A DNA stretch of 29,110 nucleotides from a virus (taxonomy: Duplodnaviria > Caudoviricetes): the IMG/VR virus record IMGVR_UViG_3300020151_000786, positions 1 to 29,110 of that record. One strand, 5' to 3'. Under the pieces are notes generated by a model. The model had not been told where the DNA came from. It saw only the letters and a list, made by a program, of their open reading frames with translations, and did not search any database. The position numbers and the translations under genes were made by a program. Positions within the stretch are counted from its first letter, which is position 1. Each line of letters begins with the position of its first letter. Below are positions 10,901 through 17,772 of this stretch, in pieces.

Positions 10901-13900
10901 ACATCAGGTACAGTTTCACCATCTAGACTTGGTGGTGGAAATGCAAACTCAGACACATTCTTAAGGGGTGACTCGGTTTATACCAGAGTTGTAACATCTG
11001 TTGGAATTGGAACAACAGAACCATTCACATTCTCAGCATCATTCCAAGAATCTCCAGGTGGTGGTACTGGTATTACCACAAACTATGGTAAGTTTACTCT
11101 TGCAATTAATAGAGTATCAACATCACAAGATCAATATTCAACATTAGGTGTTGCCAGATTTAAATCATCAACTTTCTCGATTGGTAATGATGGTTCTGTT
11201 CAAATTAAGAATTCTGCAACTGGTGATGTTGATGCAACAACATTAGGTGGTCAGCCAGGTGCTTATTATCTCGATCCCGTAAACTTCACATCATCAATTC
11301 CAGTTTCTAAGGGTGGTACTGGACTTTCTGGATTACCACCTCTTGGAGCAATTCTTCAAGGTAATGGTGTTTCATATGATTTAGTTACCGCACCAACTCT
11401 TGGTGGAAATGTAACACTAACAAATAATGGAAGACTTATTGCTGTAGGTGCAGCATTAACAAACACTACAATTAGTGGAATTGCTACGATAGCAAATTCC
11501 GAATTGACTAATAGTAGAATTATTGGTATTGCAACATTTACGGCAAGTACAAATAATATTCAACAAACTGCTGGTACTGCCGCACTCTTTAGATTAACAG
11601 TTTCTGGTATTTCAACTCTTGGAAGTGTTCAGGCAGTAGATGTTACTGCAACAACAATTACAAATAACGGAACATTAAATGTAAATAATGTTTCTCAAAC
11701 TGGTATTGTAACATTATCGGGAACTGGTAACAACTTTAACGCTGTAGCAGGTACTCAGGTCTTTAATAGGGCAGTATTCTCAGGTATTACTACATTCCTA
11801 GATCAAGTTAACGTTGGTGTTGCAAATTATCAAACAGCAACAGTTAATGGAACGATAACTGCTGGTAATGCTTCAATTAGTGGTGTTACTACCATTTCTA
11901 GTACTAATAATGCATTGCAAGTACCAAATGGTACAGCAGTAATTAAAAATGCAAATATTACTGGATTTACAACAGTAAATAGTCTATTATTTACTGCAAT
12001 AACTGCAACAAGTGATGCGACTGCAACAATTCCATATTTAACAGTAACTAATTCAAACGTAAGTGGCATTGTTACATTAACAAGCACTGGAAATAATATT
12101 AATCAGACAAATGGTACAGCAGTAATTAATAGACTAACAGTTGCTGGTGTATCAACTTTCAATAACACATTAAATTATACAACTTTACAGGGTACAACAT
12201 CTAATGTAACTGGAACATCTGCACTTACAAATGCATCTGTAAGTGGAGTTGCAACATTCAGTGGTTCTGCAAATAGCATTAATCAAACCAATGGTACTGC
12301 AGTACTTAATAGATTAACAGTTGCTGGAGTATCTACATTCACTAGTCAACTCAATGCTGGTACTATTGTTGCATCGTCTCTCAGTGGAACTTTAAATAAT
12401 AAATTAACTATTTCTGGTCCACTTACAGGAACAGAATATAATAATTCTGCAGCAGTTACTATTGGTATTAATGCAACTAGCAGCAACACTGCAAATTATG
12501 TTGTCCAACGTGGTGCTTCTGGAGAATTTACTGCTGGTGCAGTTACTGCTACGGGGTTAACTCTCAATGGTGGTGGATCGGCATCTTCCGCACAATTAAC
12601 TTTCAGTGGTTCAACAAACAATTGGGTTGATTTCAATACAACTGGAGTTGCAGCACCAACATTTACAAACAGAAGTTCTGGTACAAAAGTAGTTTACTAT
12701 AGAGGTATAAGTGCATCATCAGTTGATTATGCGGTTGGTATAGAGGGGAGTACTCTTTGGTGGTCCGTTCCAACAGGAACAGAAAGATTTAGATGGTATG
12801 GTGGTCAAGTTGCAGCAGCAACTCTAGATGGTTCTGGTAACATGACATTTGTTGGTGTAACAACCGCAAGTAGATTTGTTTCTAATGTTGCTCAAGGAAC
12901 ATCACCAGTATCAGTTGCTTCCACAACTCTGGCAACTAATCTCAATGCCCAGTATCTTGGGGGATCTGAAGCATCATCACAAAACTTAGGTAATTATGTA
13001 GTTAAGAGAGATACCCTTGGTGGATTTGTTGCTGGAATTATTACCGCAACAACTTTGAGAGGATCACTGGGTAATGCATTAACTGCAGGTTCTTATTTAA
13101 CTGGAACTTCATATAATAACTCTTCAGCAGTTACATTTGCAGTTGATGCAACTAGTGCCAATACTTCATCTAAAGTTGTTGCCAGAGATGGTTCTGGTGG
13201 GTTTAGTATGGGTGCTCTTAGTGCCACTACTGGAGCATTTAGTTCAACAATTTCTCCTGCAAATGGAATTTATTTACAAAGAGTTAATGCAACCAACACT
13301 GGTATAAATTGGTATTCCACCACATATACTGCTTGGACCATGTATATGGGTGCGGCAGCACAAACAAACTTAGGTCCAACAAATAATATTACAGCACCTA
13401 ATGGAACATTAGTAACTAGTTGGGGTTTAAGAAGCTTCATAGAAAATAATGCTGGTTTTGGTTGGACCTTTGAAAGTGGTACTTCATCTGGTCAACCCAC
13501 GATTGTTGCAGAAATTCGTTCTTCTGACGGTGCAGCAAGATTTGGTGGAGATGTTTCTGGTTCTACCTTAACATCTAGAGTTGCAACTGGAACTGCACCA
13601 TTAACAGTTACATCAACAACTCAAGTTTCTAATCTTAACGTCCAGTATCTCAATGGTTATTCATCGGATACTGCAAATACAGCAAATGCTATCGTAAGAA
13701 GAGATTCTTCAGGCAATTTTAGTGCTGGTACAATTACAGCAACTTTAAGTGGAAATGCAACTTCATTATCATCATTTGATACCAGATCAACAAATCCAAA
13801 TCCAGACACATATGGTACATCGATAAGATTTGATTTTAAAGAAAATGCTATTAATAGTCTTTCTGATGGTGGAACATATAATGGAGTAATGACCTGGAGA

Positions 13901-15643
13901 AAATATGGATCAAGTACCGACTTTAGTGGCGGTCCAATGATCCAACTTGGATACACGGATAATGGAAATCTGTGGCGTAGAATGAGTACCAGTGGAACAG
14001 CATGGGGAGCATGGGCAAAATTCTGGCATTCTGCAAACGATGGTTCTGGTTCTGGTCTTGATGCAGATTTACTGGATGGATTAGAACTCCATGCAGGAAC
14101 AAATAATGAAGCAAATAAAGTTGTAAGAACTGATGTAAATGGTTATATCCAAGCTGGTTGGATTAATACAATCTCTGGAGATATGGCAGATACGACAAAC
14201 ATTGATCGTATCTACTGTTCTAACGATGGTTATATTCGTTATAAGGGAGTTGCAGACTTTAAACAACAAATTGGATTAACTTATAAGCAATCAACCCCAA
14301 GAAGTAGCAGTACAACTGATACTAATTATTGGACTGGTGTGATGGGTTACAACACCACAGATCTAAACACCGCTTTTGACTGGGGTTCTGGATATATTGA
14401 TAGTTGGAGTTCGCCAGGAAATGCACCTTCAGGATCAACTCATTGGGTTGGTCAACAGGCAATGCACTATACCAACGGTGCTAATAGATATGGATGGCAA
14501 ATGGTTGTTGGTGAGGGTAATCCATCACTACACTTCATTAGAGGTTCATGGGGAGCATCATTCACTTCATGGAGAAGAATTTGGAATGATGGTAATGATG
14601 GATCTGGTTCTGGTCTTGATGCAGATTTACTGGATGGATTAAATGCAGCATCGACTAATACAGGGTCTACTATTGTTTCTAGAGATGCATCAGGTAATTT
14701 TGCCGCTGCTAAAGTTGATGCAACTCAACTTACTAGAACTAATACAAGAGTTGATGGTGCAGAAAGATATCCTATTGGACACTATACTCCAGGTGAAACT
14801 GTATTTGAAATTGATCCAACTTGGACTGACACAGAATTACAAAACTACTTTAACAATGCAAATGTTTCTTGGAATGCAGATTCCACTGCTCCTGGCGGAT
14901 ATGCAATTTATATCAATGGTGCGGTAGATGTTGGTGGAGTTAATAATTCTGGATTCCCTTATATTCCAGTAGAAACAAGTGATATCTATTATATGGAATG
15001 CTGGATTAGGAATATTGGTACTGCACAAGCACATTACATGGGATCAATTGACTACAATGAAGCATTTACTTCATTGGGTGGAAATCCTGGATCTTATGGA
15101 TATTGGGTAATGACCAATACTAATCCAGGAACTGGATGGACTAAAGTTAGTGGTTATATTACTGGTTTTGGTGCTGCCACTGGTCAATTTAAAGTTGGAA
15201 CAAAATATTGGACACCACAAGCGTTATTTAACTATACCGCAGGAACTGGAACTCGTGCATGTATGATTTCTGGTTGGAAAGTTATTAGAGTTTCCCAATA
15301 TGGTAATAGAACAATTACAGGCAACTTAACTGCAAGTGGAACTGTTACTGCAAACTCTGATATTAAACTGAAGGCGAATATTACACCAATTCAAAATGCA
15401 CTTGAAAAACTATCACAAATTCGTGGTGTTGAATATGATCGTATTGATAGAGATAATGAAAGACAAATTGGTGTTATCGCACAAGAAGTTGAGGCAGTAA
15501 TTCCAGAACTTGTATCTGATAACTTTGGAACTAAAGCAGTTGCTTATGGTAATATGACTGCAGTTCTAATTGAGGCAATCAAAGAACAGCAGACCATGAT
15601 AAATAATCTCAAACAAGAAATTGAGGAGTTAAAGAAAAAATGA
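4997..15643 (+). CDS. Very long tail fibre / receptor-binding protein (3548 aa) with C-terminal peptidase S74 intramolecular chaperone
   Basis: TTG start after an SD-like site. N-terminal FYVSSANGDDTNDG...IFVEAGEYEEDNP beta-helix-type motif; HPFQNGDTVVY / HGFSTGDAVQV beta-barrel repeats; VV.RD.SG.F.AG and DGSGSGLDADLLDG fibre motifs; C-terminal SDIKLKANITPIQNALEKLSQIRGVEY...IGVIAQEVEAVIPELV...coiled coil, which is the S74 chaperone signature. Confidence 0.92.
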   Translation: MADKNFRVKHGINIDTQRLVDVNKNIDVGVTTSAHLRVTGVTTVGIISAVTNNARMGIVTFQSIVAIESGAQTITIAPPSQNAGFVSSYTLTLPSKVGTDGQVLALGKNGLLGFTTAGLYENRFYVSSANGDDTNDGRSKPVRSLKKAAQLASFRSFQIPGGRFLDAGNLLTSNKEFIQEEVVAYVEFNYTGITSSTSYDRTKCKRDIGYIVDAISYDISYGGNSKSIEAGTAYWNAGASYIANETEQTIFAYNYVKFLGQYVINNQTPPTLYQTSVGQVFDFTVIQDPLNVGQNRYRDARNLILGNKQELIDRSLASVAIGYPDGFYFPGDTETNVRSRYYDSYGLIQRNKQEIVDKSLASIAIAYPDFYFPGDPQTTNRSRYYDSYRLIQQNRQTIIDYTFAGIATAYPAFVNPDSNKCKRDIGYFVDAVSTDVFTGGNNYSRTFTTFYFNGVGIGSLAGEEQQTIYAFRYAGQLMNQALTNQLPVKDLTLTVDPVTGSNTSSASCANVQSTVSSLVGIVTAAIGVGTTSSLPTENLGYYNLSVGIGSTVTAGGTKCARDLGYFVDAISLDTFTGGNNYSRNFVFQYVNAGITNSLSGEEPQSIYAFRSAGDYMKKAITNQLNNQVLSITADPVTGFNTSPSSCSNVQSTISTLVGIVTTIVGSGSTAGITTANLGYFVVNSTDNVGSNVGVGSTNVKGGRKCARDLGYIIDAVAQDLNYGTNQHIIYATKKYFDGAGVALTTGLFGEEVQSVLAFNTLRDFSKKAINNQLYYRDLTILADPVTGVNTDPSNCANVQSEIGTLVGILTGAILTGSLSSIPAENLGVADCANVRTALASNVGVITSIIGIGTTANIILSLPSTRSKPIAIFVEAGEYEEDNPILLYEDVAVVGDNLRNTIIRPSNAGVDLFRVRNGCYVTNFAMKDNIDQAGVPKFTFNYAIAFDDPTDSSVSRVGYAVKTAQPIISRSPYIQNCSILSFLGANGILVDGSKVQVPNTTIIPEESELPISGAQPEFGKSMVAATFTMVSFGGIGWRTINDGYAQVVSCFQIFCKYGSLTQSGGYLSITNSATNFGLYALRSTGYSRNSFVFDRGRIVATGTNGGYQTLTTVGLGRSEQNLYVMRFVNPAGADVTSSFKPIVTRQEFTPNVGVNTTTDIITIVAHPFQNGDTVVYEGDENSSPVRVIDGLISNNQYYIGYIDSDNVQLYEDSTLTRAVDLKSAPTGINTISKGNQEFIVKEILDGHNVYQQLTLDIPSGSPQFTAGREITQSVAGGTAVGYAVTCVGIGTTQAKLLVSVESSGLLRRNFAVTGVGGAGQIVDHAAPIPVGWGVTASVGISTYWTILYTVDSTIPGNTVTGIGSLPIVYTVNFNRPSIINANSHAWEYSGSGIDYNALPQNGGKTVPSSEQVNEQGGRVFSTGTNELGDFKIGSFITAYNRTGNIIFNNKVTIGQLDSLRLSLSGGIVIEEFSTDPTLGDNEQGGAKNQRVSTQLAVRSFLNDRLGDFIDKNVSANAVPSAIVQLNNSGQINPDLIPPKAVSYYKTNVALGRTDFVNRIPAVNLIAGDTVVEPSAGYILTNDLRGQFLVLSSSTANYNFPMGQRVNSTNAQGAATGIVTFPTSVGYGTTGLVKGVLQTVTISNTGSGYLTAGIYTGVTLDTTTGIGTSAAATITVGAAGSVTKVDVYFGGRGFAINDALTVRNPTAIGGRSGGADFSVIVQTVQTRLYLTLDGSLKFAGSATIPDYIADASSVGIGTSLQSAYIHTFFPTDISVGGEVDFANDRIIVGLGTTIANGDPLYYQTVGNVIGGLVNAGTYFAKRVGLSSIELHVNYGLTERLDLSSSGTNLHYLTRAGVSTATDRVVFLDHGFSTGDAVQVTGKTPLGISTNGFYYLGAITQNSFAFYESRDLAVLATGGTLSTPVGIVSTENGTMTLTRQNVAYNSQVNTSSNNPDNWTVLAQNIIDASNITSGTVSPSRLGGGNANSDTFLRGDSVYTRVVTSVGIGTTEPFTFSASFQESPGGGTGITTNYGKFTLAINRVSTSQDQYSTLGVARFKSSTFSIGNDGSVQIKNSATGDVDATTLGGQPGAYYLDPVNFTSSIPVSKGGTGLSGLPPLGAILQGNGVSYDLVTAPTLGGNVTLTNNGRLIAVGAALTNTTISGIATIANSELTNSRIIGIATFTASTNNIQQTAGTAALFRLTVSGISTLGSVQAVDVTATTITNNGTLNVNNVSQTGIVTLSGTGNNFNAVAGTQVFNRAVFSGITTFLDQVNVGVANYQTATVNGTITAGNASISGVTTISSTNNALQVPNGTAVIKNANITGFTTVNSLLFTAITATSDATATIPYLTVTNSNVSGIVTLTSTGNNINQTNGTAVINRLTVAGVSTFNNTLNYTTLQGTTSNVTGTSALTNASVSGVATFSGSANSINQTNGTAVLNRLTVAGVSTFTSQLNAGTIVASSLSGTLNNKLTISGPLTGTEYNNSAAVTIGINATSSNTANYVVQRGASGEFTAGAVTATGLTLNGGGSASSAQLTFSGSTNNWVDFNTTGVAAPTFTNRSSGTKVVYYRGISASSVDYAVGIEGSTLWWSVPTGTERFRWYGGQVAAATLDGSGNMTFVGVTTASRFVSNVAQGTSPVSVASTTLATNLNAQYLGGSEASSQNLGNYVVKRDTLGGFVAGIITATTLRGSLGNALTAGSYLTGTSYNNSSAVTFAVDATSANTSSKVVARDGSGGFSMGALSATTGAFSSTISPANGIYLQRVNATNTGINWYSTTYTAWTMYMGAAAQTNLGPTNNITAPNGTLVTSWGLRSFIENNAGFGWTFESGTSSGQPTIVAEIRSSDGAARFGGDVSGSTLTSRVATGTAPLTVTSTTQVSNLNVQYLNGYSSDTANTANAIVRRDSSGNFSAGTITATLSGNATSLSSFDTRSTNPNPDTYGTSIRFDFKENAINSLSDGGTYNGVMTWRKYGSSTDFSGGPMIQLGYTDNGNLWRRMSTSGTAWGAWAKFWHSANDGSGSGLDADLLDGLELHAGTNNEANKVVRTDVNGYIQAGWINTISGDMADTTNIDRIYCSNDGYIRYKGVADFKQQIGLTYKQSTPRSSSTTDTNYWTGVMGYNTTDLNTAFDWGSGYIDSWSSPGNAPSGSTHWVGQQAMHYTNGANRYGWQMVVGEGNPSLHFIRGSWGASFTSWRRIWNDGNDGSGSGLDADLLDGLNAASTNTGSTIVSRDASGNFAAAKVDATQLTRTNTRVDGAERYPIGHYTPGETVFEIDPTWTDTELQNYFNNANVSWNADSTAPGGYAIYINGAVDVGGVNNSGFPYIPVETSDIYYMECWIRNIGTAQAHYMGSIDYNEAFTSLGGNPGSYGYWVMTNTNPGTGWTKVSGYITGFGAATGQFKVGTKYWTPQALFNYTAGTGTRACMISGWKVIRVSQYGNRTITGNLTASGTVTANSDIKLKANITPIQNALEKLSQIRGVEYDRIDRDNERQIGVIAQEVEAVIPELVSDNFGTKAVAYGNMTAVLIEAIKEQQTMINNLKQEIEELKKK
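5480..7570 (+). repeat. Four alpha-helical repeat units with KC[KA]RD[IL]GY and C[AS]NV motifs (phycobiliprotein/globin-like) within the tail fibre
   Basis: Cys codons of KCKRDIGY at 5606 and 6257 and of KCARDLGY at 6671 and 7109. C[AS]NV Cys codons at 6518, 6932, 7379 and 7487. D...L...N[KR]..I helices at 5492, 5891, 6023 and 6152. The repeat is directly visible; the fold assignment is inference. Confidence 0.75.
11480..12370 (+). repeat. About 60-aa beta-repeat block in the fibre shaft
   Basis: INQTNGTAV[IL]NRLTVAGVSTF at 12098 and 12278 (180 bp apart), with degenerate copies upstream (IQQTAGTAALFRLTVSGISTL, FNAVAGTQVFNRAVFSGITTF). Confidence 0.8.
14039..14641 (+). repeat. 45-bp direct repeat (44/45 identical) encoding DGSGSGLDADLLDGL; copies at 14039-14083 and 14597-14641
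   Basis: gatggttctggttctggtcttgatgcagatttactggatggatta versus gatggatctggttctggtcttgatgcagatttactggatggatta. Confidence 0.95.
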
Positions 15644-15909
15644 TTACTTATGAAGTCCCGAGTGATTTAAATGATAAAGATTATGTTACCGTAACTTTTA
15701 AAAATGAAAAAGGTGAAATTTTTACAAAATCTGTAAATGTTCCAAAAAATAAAAATGGTTCAATTGATGAAGATTATTTTAAAGATCTTCTTGAGGGTCA
15801 ATTAAGAGGAGTTGAAAATAAATTAAAAGTTGGTGCAATTTCATTCACTCAACCTGGAAAAGAAACAAATCCAGATGATATTCCAGAAACTATAAGGAAT
15901 AAATCATAG
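15640..15909 (+). CDS. Small hypothetical protein (89 aa), translationally coupled to the tail fibre; possible fibre accessory protein
   Basis: ATGA overlap with the fibre stop, GAGGAG about 12 nt upstream, followed by a terminator. Function is inferred from position only. Confidence 0.8.
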   Translation: MITYEVPSDLNDKDYVTVTFKNEKGEIFTKSVNVPKNKNGSIDEDYFKDLLEGQLRGVENKLKVGAISFTQPGKETNPDDIPETIRNKS

Positions 15910-15910
15910 T

Positions 15911-15937
15911 AAAGGGGGACTTAGTTCCCCTTTTTTT
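15911..15937 (+). terminator. Rho-independent terminator
   Basis: aaaGGGGGAC-tta-GTTCCCC followed by T7. The A-tract on the left could allow it to work in both directions. Confidence 0.85.
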
Positions 15938-15944
15938 ATAAATA
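15937..15944 (+). promoter_or_regulatory. T4-type late promoter TATAAATA
   Basis: Exact consensus sharing the last T of the terminator T-tract, 21 nt before ATG 15966. Confidence 0.8.
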
Positions 15945-15965
15945 AAAAAAAGGTGTCATCAAGAA

Positions 15966-17489
15966 ATGAAGAGATTGTCAGAAGACCACAAAGAAATTGC
16001 AAGTGGTAAGAAGAAAGATGATGAAGGATATATGGCTCGTAATGAAATGGACACCATTGAGCGTTCCATTAATAAATTGAGAAAGGTCATAAAGAAAGGG
16101 GATACTCAATTGCCTGCTTGGGTTCAATCTAAGATTACTAAAGCAGCAGATTATATTGATACCGCAGCAGAGTATCTTCAAAGTGATGAAGGTATCGATG
16201 AAGGAAAGCAAGTTAGTTTTGCAGTTAAAAAATCTTCTGGTGCTGGAGCATTAACACCAGATGCAGCAAAGCAACTTGGTGCTAGGGCAGTTAAATTACA
16301 AAAAGCAAAAGCATCAGCAGTATCATTACCTGCAGTAAAAAAAGAAGAAATATCTTTAGTACAAAAAATACTTGGTGAAGAAAAATGTGGTAAAGGAATG
16401 TATTGGTGTAATACTGATAAAGTATGCAAACCTTTACCAAATGGTTTTAACGTTGATGGTCAAAAGAAAAAACCAACCGAAGTTGGTATTGGTAAACCAG
16501 TTGCTGAAGAAAAGGGTTGTAATCATACCAAAAAAGGAAAATCTTGTCCAGTTCATGGTCAAGATGATTGTTCAATGAAAGAAGAAAAAGACCCTAAAGG
16601 TCCAGTTAAATCATACAAATCACCAGAAGAAATTGCTAAGAAGCATGGGGTCTCACTTCAAGCAATACAAAAACAACTTAAGATTGGAATTAAAGTAGAA
16701 GGTGAGCACACTTCAGATAAAACTGGAGCAAGAATTACAGCATTACAACATTTAGATGAAGTTCCAGATTACTACACTAAACTTAAAAAAGTTGAAAAGA
16801 AATCAGTTAAATCTGAAAGTGTAACTATTGAAGATATGTTTGGTAATAAATTTGTTGAATTTATCGATCTTATTAAACCAGAACCACTTAAAAAAGAAGA
16901 TCAAATTGATGAAGCAAAACTTCAATTTACTCGTCGTGCTTCTGGAAGACTAAATGATGGTGTAAAAAAAACTGGTGAAGAAAAAGCATTAAACAAAGCA
17001 AATAGATTAAGCAATTCACAAAATCCTAAAGACCGCCAGAGAGCAAATAAAATTCGCAAAACTGCAAAAACAGTTGCGGATCGTGATGCTGCACAAGCAA
17101 CTTCTGATGCATTAAGAACTTTACACCAAAGACAACAGCGAAGAGCAAATAGTATTGCTAAACAACAAACATCAGAAAGTAATGATGTTACGGAAGCAGT
17201 TAGATTACCTTCACAAAATGGTAATCTAATGATGATAATTTTTACTTGGAGAGGAAAGTCATATTCAATGAAAATGTTTTTCCCACAAATTAAAATGCCT
17301 TCTAGGAAAGATGTTGAATTTGAATTACAAAAAGTTTATCCTGGTGCAAAAGTATTACAATCTCATGTAACAGACTTAAAGCAGGATGGGCAACCTATTT
17401 TACAAATTCAAAATTCACCATCAAAAAACTATCTTTTAAATAATAAAAATATCGGTGAAGAGGTTGAAATATCAGAGGAAAAAAAGTAA
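15966..17489 (+). CDS. Mosaic Lys/Glu-rich protein (507 aa) with a DUF5661-like module; probable internal head protein
   Basis: Modules: EGYMAR...LPAWVQSKITKAADYIDTAAEYL; Cys-rich CGKGMYWCNTDKVC and CNHTKKGKSCPVHGQDDC; GIKVEGEHT...ALQHLDEVPDYYTKL (DUF5661-like, from memory). Modules are separated by acidic EE/ES/EA linkers. Confidence 0.8.
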   Translation: MKRLSEDHKEIASGKKKDDEGYMARNEMDTIERSINKLRKVIKKGDTQLPAWVQSKITKAADYIDTAAEYLQSDEGIDEGKQVSFAVKKSSGAGALTPDAAKQLGARAVKLQKAKASAVSLPAVKKEEISLVQKILGEEKCGKGMYWCNTDKVCKPLPNGFNVDGQKKKPTEVGIGKPVAEEKGCNHTKKGKSCPVHGQDDCSMKEEKDPKGPVKSYKSPEEIAKKHGVSLQAIQKQLKIGIKVEGEHTSDKTGARITALQHLDEVPDYYTKLKKVEKKSVKSESVTIEDMFGNKFVEFIDLIKPEPLKKEDQIDEAKLQFTRRASGRLNDGVKKTGEEKALNKANRLSNSQNPKDRQRANKIRKTAKTVADRDAAQATSDALRTLHQRQQRRANSIAKQQTSESNDVTEAVRLPSQNGNLMMIIFTWRGKSYSMKMFFPQIKMPSRKDVEFELQKVYPGAKVLQSHVTDLKQDGQPILQIQNSPSKNYLLNNKNIGEEVEISEEKK

Positions 17490-17500
17490 ATAAAAAAGAA

Positions 17501-17755
17501 ATGCCTTGTAATAAACCAAAAGCACAGTCCCATGGTTCAGGTGAAACTGGAAAATCTCATATCGTAAAAGCATGTGAAAATGGTGAGGAAAAGATAATTC
17601 GTTTTGGGCAAAAAGGTGTTAAAGGATCACCTAAAAAGAAAGGTGAGAGTGAAGAATATGCAAATAGACGCAAGAGGTTTAAAGCAAGACATCAAAAAAA
17701 TATTAATAAAGGAAAAATGTCTGCCGCATACTGGGCAGACAAAGTAAAGTGGTAA
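17501..17755 (+). CDS. Small basic phage protein (84 aa), possibly made as a -1 frameshift extension of the upstream gene
   Basis: KIIRFGQKG...RRKRFKARH...KMSAAYWADKVKW motif, which I recall from other phage proteins. No clear SD directly before ATG 17501. The frame is open upstream through A_AAA_AAG at 17480-17486. Confidence 0.8.
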   Translation: MPCNKPKAQSHGSGETGKSHIVKACENGEEKIIRFGQKGVKGSPKKKGESEEYANRRKRFKARHQKNINKGKMSAAYWADKVKW

Positions 17756-17772
17756 TTTAAACATTAATTTTT

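Noticed and set aside
14039-14641. Direct repeat as a DGR template/variable pair or invertible cassette
   Set aside because: Only 45 bp with one mismatch, same orientation, and no reverse transcriptase or invertase in the window.
14376-14927. Two abutting alternative-frame plus-strand ORFs (also 6963, 9132, 16372, 25292)
   Set aside because: Out-of-frame or antisense by-products of real genes; composition is typical of shifted frames.
16336-16345. Other A-runs as frameshift sites (GTA AAA AAA GAA; also TTA AAA AAA GCG near 17803)
   Set aside because: The -1 frames stop within about 12 codons and lead to no downstream ORF.
82-16429. Numerous 60-144 aa minus-strand ORFs opposite the fibre genes and the 507-aa gene
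   Set aside because: Antisense shadows of strongly biased coding frames; no SD, promoter or recognisable motif.
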